Part shown: piece after piece, positions 15,257-20,423 of the stretch
How the letters are laid out: each line of letters begins with the position of its first letter
How positions within the stretch are numbered: position 1 is the stretch's first letter
Assembly: GCA_044347345.1 (NCBI GenBank)
Contig: JBIKUX010000031.1
Location: 1 to 20,423, forward strand
DNA from: Bdellovibrionota bacterium
GTDB taxonomy: Bacteria; Bdellovibrionota_C; UBA2361; JBIKUX01
DNA: 20,423 nt
Direction: 5' to 3'
Translations under genes and position numbers: made by a program
The notes under the pieces: generated by a model
Seen by the model: only the letters and a program-made list of their open reading frames with translations
What the model was told of the DNA's origin: nothing
Database searches by the model: none

Positions 15257-17536
15257 ATGTCGATGATTCCAATTTTTAACCGCTTTAATCAGACAAAAAT
15301 AAACTTACTATCTTTTTTTATCTGGGGATGTGGAGTGTGTTTTTTTTACGCGCTCATAGCTGGAGGTATTTCCTTTTGGGATGCACCGGAAGATCCCTTA
15401 AGCCACACTATACCCAGATATCATATTATCTGTTTTGCGATTGTTTTATTAGGATTAGGAATCACAAATTATTTTCTGATTGAAAATCGACAAAAAACTT
15501 TAATTAAACAAAAACGGCTATTAAAAAAGAGTTGGACAGTGCCACTCGCCGCACTACTAATAATTTTTTTTATTGGCGATTTTTTAACTCGAAAATACGT
15601 TCTATTTCCAGGACCGACTATTCGAGGAGAAATAATCCTAGGTATGATACTCAGCTGGGCTCTAACAAGAGGCTCGCCGAGCTTATACCAGATCCGTTTT
15701 TGGACAATAGGTACGGCATTACTAGCTTTTATACAGCTACTTTTACAAACAAAAGGTAAACCTATATTTACAGACGACCATGCAACTTTTTATTTACGCC
15801 TTAGCCTCTTAATAGAGCAATTTCCATCCGTTCCGTTTTTTTATCCACTCTGGAACGGTGGTATTGATGCCCGAGATTTTTTTGCTACCGGAAGTCTTGG
15901 AGTATTTTTGTTATTTGCTCCACTTTTTTATCTGATACCTCTTAATCTAATCTACACACCTATTGTCAGTAGCATTCCATTTATAATAGCACCTCTCTCT
16001 ACTTTCTGGAGTGCTAAACTTTTGGGTTACTCACAAAGAAGCGCCCTAGTATCAGCATTATTAGCACTGTCTCCTTCATTTCTCTGGCCTAAATGGTATT
16101 TAGCCTACGGAACACTGGGATTTCTTCTTTCATGCTCCTTGTTTCCGCTATGCGCCACATTTCTGCTTAGATTTGCGGATAAACGACTTACTATATCTTG
16201 GCCTGAGGCTATTATCTGTTCCCTGGTAACGTCTATTGCCCTCATGTGGTCACCAACAGGTTTAGCATTACTACCTTTACTAGCTTGGTGTGCCCTTAAA
16301 ATTCCTCAATGGTACCAATCTCGAGTGCACTTAAGTATTGTATGTTTAACTACAGCTATAACTGTACCTTGGGTATTACTATTTATTACCTCTTCCCCCA
16401 TATTTTCTTTTATATCCCAAGCTACTCAGCGCGGAAGTGCGGAAATACATGCAGAACACCAAACTCGCACATCTCCTGTTACTGTTGCTTCGATTAAGCA
16501 GAAAATAAAACGTATCATTACTCAAAATGGCAACGCCATTAATCCAATTCTCGCTGTTTGCGGAACATTAGGTTTTCTTCTTACTAATCGTAAAAATTTT
16601 TGTATTTTTTTTATCCTACCCCTTTGGCTTCTAAGCGTGGGGATATTAGGCCCATTACTTAAACCTCAGCTTGAGCTAGATCGTCTCTTACTATTTCTTG
16701 CATTACTTGGAACAGTACCAGCTGGACATTTAATTGATAAAATTTGGAGATTAAAAGCTTTACAAAAAACTCTACAATTTAAGAAAACGAATCTTACCAT
16801 TTTTATTATTACTATCATTTTAGGAGGCTTCTTCTTTTCCACACCATTTGTATTAAGCGCGATTAGCAGAAATAGATCTCTTGAGCAATCAACAACACTA
16901 GATAAAGAAGTAGAAAATCTTGCATCTGCCATTGCTAGTGGAGCACAACAGGGAAGAGGCTTATTTACTGGCTTTGTACTTCATGAATTATCTGGCGGAC
17001 ATTTGGCTCCTCTTACTCTCCTATCTGGTACACCGTTAATTGCCCATAGTTGGGCGCATAATATGTGGCGATATAATGATGTAATACCGGACTCCTTTCA
17101 ATTAGAGGGCATTAAAGGATTAAAAGATTATTTGAATAAAATGAATGTAGGTGTTGTGATTGCACACGAAAGGAAGTGGAAATCATTATTAAAAGATAAT
17201 CCTGATGACTTTTTGCCAATCTATAAGGGACGTTGGTTTACAGCATTTAAACGAACTTCTTTTACCTCAAACTATTTTCTGGAAGGGCAAGGCGTTGTTC
17301 TTGAACAAAACACAAGTTCAGTACGAATTCGCATTGACAGCACAGATGGCATTTTAAAATTTTCCTATTTTCCATTTCTTATGCTAGAAGGATGTCAAAT
17401 TTTACCAGTGATTATACATTCTGGCACTGGTGGCACGATGATACGCTATAAAAATTGCACGAAAGGAAAAGAAACTATTCTTCGTTCGGTCGCGCCATTT
17501 AACCGTTTCATGAAAGTCCTTGGTAATTCTTTATAA
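15257..17536 (+). CDS. Polytopic membrane protein, probable GT-C superfamily / YfhO-like glycosyltransferase
   Basis: Many TM segments; acidic 'FTDDH' right after a TM helix, then 'YPLWNGG'; soluble C-terminal part with 'YLNKMNVGVVI' and 'ILKFSYFPFL' resembling YfhO-type tails. Family call is by pattern only. Confidence 0.55.
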   Translation: MSMIPIFNRFNQTKINLLSFFIWGCGVCFFYALIAGGISFWDAPEDPLSHTIPRYHIICFAIVLLGLGITNYFLIENRQKTLIKQKRLLKKSWTVPLAALLIIFFIGDFLTRKYVLFPGPTIRGEIILGMILSWALTRGSPSLYQIRFWTIGTALLAFIQLLLQTKGKPIFTDDHATFYLRLSLLIEQFPSVPFFYPLWNGGIDARDFFATGSLGVFLLFAPLFYLIPLNLIYTPIVSSIPFIIAPLSTFWSAKLLGYSQRSALVSALLALSPSFLWPKWYLAYGTLGFLLSCSLFPLCATFLLRFADKRLTISWPEAIICSLVTSIALMWSPTGLALLPLLAWCALKIPQWYQSRVHLSIVCLTTAITVPWVLLFITSSPIFSFISQATQRGSAEIHAEHQTRTSPVTVASIKQKIKRIITQNGNAINPILAVCGTLGFLLTNRKNFCIFFILPLWLLSVGILGPLLKPQLELDRLLLFLALLGTVPAGHLIDKIWRLKALQKTLQFKKTNLTIFIITIILGGFFFSTPFVLSAISRNRSLEQSTTLDKEVENLASAIASGAQQGRGLFTGFVLHELSGGHLAPLTLLSGTPLIAHSWAHNMWRYNDVIPDSFQLEGIKGLKDYLNKMNVGVVIAHERKWKSLLKDNPDDFLPIYKGRWFTAFKRTSFTSNYFLEGQGVVLEQNTSSVRIRIDSTDGILKFSYFPFLMLEGCQILPVIIHSGTGGTMIRYKNCTKGKETILRSVAPFNRFMKVLGNSL

Positions 17537-17560
17537 TTCAGCAAAAAGTAAGAGAAATTT

Positions 17561-19267
17561 GTGATTCTAGGCATTGAAGTAGACTCTTATCAGTCCCTAT
17601 CTGACGATATCTTTCGTGAAGTGGTAAATTTTACGACAAATATGTTTTTTATTCGTTGGGGCGGTATTGGATTAACAGCTCTTTTCGAAAACCCAATCAG
17701 CTGGGCTGTTGTTTGGCTTACAGGGTGGTGTTGGTTAACAAATTCATATATTTCTGGTGTACTACGAGGTACATTTATAGGGAGTATTTTATTACTTTTT
17801 TTTGGTCTTGATACAGCCGTTCTGCCAGCATTGGCTACATTTCCCTGGATAATGAGCGTCTTCCGAGATAAGCCTTACAAACTTCTCATATGCGTAGCCT
17901 CTAGTACCGTTAACTGCGCACTTGGATTAGGTCTATCTTTAGCAAGCTATCTACTTGCAGTCGTAACAGAGATCATACGTACTAGAAGTTTAATCTCTTT
18001 TTGCGAAGAATCCAGATTTACAAATAATATAAATCACACAACTAGTGCCACTCATATTAGCGACAAAATCAAAGAAAAAGTAAGTACAAATAATAATAAC
18101 TCATTGAACCAACGTTACTTCTCCATAGGTTTATTGATACATTGTACAGCTCTTTTAGCTGTACCTTATCCGACTGATTTACAGTTTCCTAATCAAGCCA
18201 AAGTAGTACCAGACGACGGAGTTTCTGGAATGGTTCGGCCTTTACTTGGCAAAGGCTCTCCTATTCCTTACCTAGATAACGAGACTATAAAAGAAAGATT
18301 TAGGTTTTGGATAATACTTAGTCTGATGATTGTTAATGCTCGAATACTTGTAACACTACCGAGCACTGTAAATTACTTTTCAAAAATTCGCCCATTTTTA
18401 CCAAAATTCTCCAGCGTTACGTTTATTTATCTAACGTTTACCAGTCTTCTCCTAACACTTGTCACCGCTGACTTATTTTTACCAAGTAATTTGGGAGAGA
18501 TTGCTCCGCTTGCCACTATTCGTAGAATTATACCTCACTTATTCTTTTATTCTTTATCTCCACTGTGTTTTGGCGTAGCAATTATTGTCTTCCTTTCTCC
18601 GCTCATAACTCCCCTTACCACTACATCAATGCTCTGGGCAAACACAGTAACGACACTTTTATTAGCTTTATCACCTTCTCCACTCTTACACCGAATAGGC
18701 AGTGAGAAAGCTTTTAAGAAAGATGATGCGGCCTATAAAATAGTAAGCCCTGGCTACGCAGTAGTACGAAGACTTATCGACTGTACAGGTAAATCTGAAT
18801 TAGCCCGTACATCAAGTTTAAAAGAAATTACCCCACCGATATCTCAAATTATCTCAGGAGGAGGTAATGATAAAATATCTGCTTTGCAGGATGGAAACCT
18901 TAATTCACGATGGACTTACGGAGAAGGAAAACAACTTGGCAAAGAGTGGCTAAAATTAACCTTAGTTGAGCCTACTTTACTTAGTGGAATAAGACTTAAT
19001 ACTGGATCCTTTACTACTGACTTTGCCAGAAGCATTCAAATCACAGAGTGCGATAATCCAACGACAATTTTATATAAATCTTGCGACTGGCTTGGTCCAG
19101 CGTACTTAACTAAGAACAGTATTCCTTTCTTTGGATCTCAATCCGATACTACCTATGTATTTTTACAGCCAACCGTAGTCCAATGTTTGAAAATTGAACA
19201 ACTCGGCGTAACTAACAAATTTGACTGGTCGATTACTGAGATTCAATTTATTAAAAAAGTACCCTGA
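17561..19267 (+). CDS. Membrane protein with a C-terminal discoidin (F5/8 type C, galactose-binding-like) domain
   Basis: Several TM segments; C-terminal 'ALQDGNLNSRWT...Q...EWLKLTL...LSGIRL...DFARSIQI...LKIEQ...DWSITEIQF'. GTG start 24 nt after the upstream stop. Confidence 0.7.
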   Translation: MILGIEVDSYQSLSDDIFREVVNFTTNMFFIRWGGIGLTALFENPISWAVVWLTGWCWLTNSYISGVLRGTFIGSILLLFFGLDTAVLPALATFPWIMSVFRDKPYKLLICVASSTVNCALGLGLSLASYLLAVVTEIIRTRSLISFCEESRFTNNINHTTSATHISDKIKEKVSTNNNNSLNQRYFSIGLLIHCTALLAVPYPTDLQFPNQAKVVPDDGVSGMVRPLLGKGSPIPYLDNETIKERFRFWIILSLMIVNARILVTLPSTVNYFSKIRPFLPKFSSVTFIYLTFTSLLLTLVTADLFLPSNLGEIAPLATIRRIIPHLFFYSLSPLCFGVAIIVFLSPLITPLTTTSMLWANTVTTLLLALSPSPLLHRIGSEKAFKKDDAAYKIVSPGYAVVRRLIDCTGKSELARTSSLKEITPPISQIISGGGNDKISALQDGNLNSRWTYGEGKQLGKEWLKLTLVEPTLLSGIRLNTGSFTTDFARSIQITECDNPTTILYKSCDWLGPAYLTKNSIPFFGSQSDTTYVFLQPTVVQCLKIEQLGVTNKFDWSITEIQFIKKVP

Positions 19268-19370
19268 CCATAATTTAACAACTAACCAAAGTTGAACTCA
19301 GATTAAAAATTTAATTTTGGTTTCCTAATATTAATCTTATACAGTCTAAAATTACTCATCCTGCTCAATA

Positions 19371-19823
19371 TCACTCATCTTGGTCGATATCCCATGATTC
19401 TTCTTCTGAGGAAGAATCGCCTTTAGTGGCATACAATTTTTCACGCCGCTCAAGTTCCTCTTTCGCTTCTACAGTATACTGGGCAACTGGACGAGCCCTA
19501 AGTCTCTCTACAGGGATATCTTCCCCAGTAAGCTCACATACCCCGTACGTTCCATCATCAAATTTACTGAGAGCATGGAGAATTTTATCGAGAAGCTTTT
19601 GCTGGCGAGTTCCTAGCTTAGATATGGCATTCTGGGATATCTCGATTGAAGCATAGTCGACTGAATCACCTGACAATTCTTGCACGTCTTGTTGTGAATT
19701 TTTTTCAAGCGACTCAAGTTGTTGGACTATTTTTTGGCGTTCAGCCAACAAAATTTCTTTTAACTCGAGGAGAGCTTTTTCACGAGCAGCTTTGTTCTCG
19801 CCTGATGATGGTTTCTTAGCCAT
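19371..19823 (-). CDS. dksA: DksA/TraR-family RNA polymerase-binding factor, one-cysteine variant
   Basis: Coiled coil with a 'GDSVDYAS' (DxxDxA) tip, 'KILHALSKFDDGTYGVCELTGEDIPVERLRARPVA'. Confidence 0.88.
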   Translation of the reverse strand: MAKKPSSGENKAAREKALLELKEILLAERQKIVQQLESLEKNSQQDVQELSGDSVDYASIEISQNAISKLGTRQQKLLDKILHALSKFDDGTYGVCELTGEDIPVERLRARPVAQYTVEAKEELERREKLYATKGDSSSEEESWDIDQDE

Positions 19824-19843
19824 TTTTACCCTTTTACATCTCT

Positions 19844-19849
19844 ATTATA
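19844..19849 (-). promoter_or_regulatory. Possible -10 element for dksA
   Basis: Perfect TATAAT on the minus strand 20 nt upstream of the ATG, inside the palindrome CTCTA-TTA-TAGAG (19840-19852); no well-spaced -35. Confidence 0.35.
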
Positions 19850-20033
19850 GAGGGAACATCACAACCAACTATTCAACAGGATAGGTAACACTACCCTATC
19901 AATTAAAACACGAACGCTTTAAATTATCTTACAGCATATATTAAATAAATGTTTCAAACCGTACAACACTTCCTCTACCGTGGCAATGATTCATTCGCTA
20001 TAGTGAACACTTAATGCAATTCTGAAGAAGACC

Positions 20034-20423
20034 ATGATCACTGTGAGCCAAGGTCAGGGGAATATTTTACCCTTTATCGAGGAAATTGACCCAAGAATAA
20101 TTACTAATACTAGCCGACGACAACAGGTTCAAGATGCTATCGCAAATGGTACTTGCTATTTGGCTATTATCAAAGAAGAGATTAAAGGTTATGCCATATT
20201 TGATTATAGGTTGTTTGGATACGGCTTTTTATCTGAGCTTTTTGTTCCAGAAGATTCTGATTTTAGAGCTGAAGTATTCACTGAATTAATCAATTATCTG
20301 AGTACTATCAATTTATCACCCGTAATTTACGGAGCTGCTAATGAATCAGACTCAAACCGGATTCAGCTTTTAATGTCACTCGGATTCAAAACTAGTGGGA
20401 TTCTTTACACAAAAGAAGGAGCA
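20034..20423 (+). CDS. GNAT-fold acetyltransferase-like protein, truncated by the window end
   Basis: My translation from ATG 20034: MITVSQGQGNILPFIEEIDPRIITNTSRRQQVQDAIANGTCYLAIIKEEIKGYAIFDYRLFGYGFLSELFVPEDSDFRAEVFTELINYLSTINLSPVIYGAANESDSNRIQLLMSLGFKTSGILYTKEGA, open to the end; GNAT-like beta3-beta4 and 'NES...LGF..SG' motif B. Confidence 0.75.
   Translation, partial: MITVSQGQGNILPFIEEIDPRIITNTSRRQQVQDAIANGTCYLAIIKEEIKGYAIFDYRLFGYGFLSELFVPEDSDFRAEVFTELINYLSTINLSPVIYGAANESDSNRIQLLMSLGFKTSGILYTKEGA

Noticed and set aside
1-20423. CRISPR array, tRNA/rRNA, prophage or defence genes
   Set aside because: No regularly spaced repeats or RNA-gene signatures were seen in the short intergenic regions, and no ORF has integrase, transposase or phage motifs.

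Overview
AT-rich chromosomal window from a diderm (Gram-negative) bacterium using the standard bacterial code. A deltaproteobacteria/Bdellovibrionota-like origin is only an inference, drawn from the pilin and DksA types. Most genes are housekeeping: a CNNM-CBS-CorC hemolysin-family transporter, a membrane protein-pdhC-lipA unit on the minus strand, xseA-xseB, a single-domain response regulator with rpiA, a one-cysteine DksA and a truncated GNAT-like gene. The standout is a 1924-aa ORF (7387-13161, minus) that joins a TamB/AsmA-like protein (N-terminal membrane anchor, DUF490-type end) in frame to a complete Omp85 protein (about six POTRA repeats plus a barrel with VRGF and a terminal Phe), i.e. 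a candidate single-chain trans-envelope TAM/BAM machine. Also notable are a degenerate type IV pilin divergent from two polytopic membrane proteins (GT-C/YfhO-like and discoidin-domain-containing) and a structured leader upstream of the CNNM gene. I saw no CRISPR array, tRNA/rRNA or mobile element.
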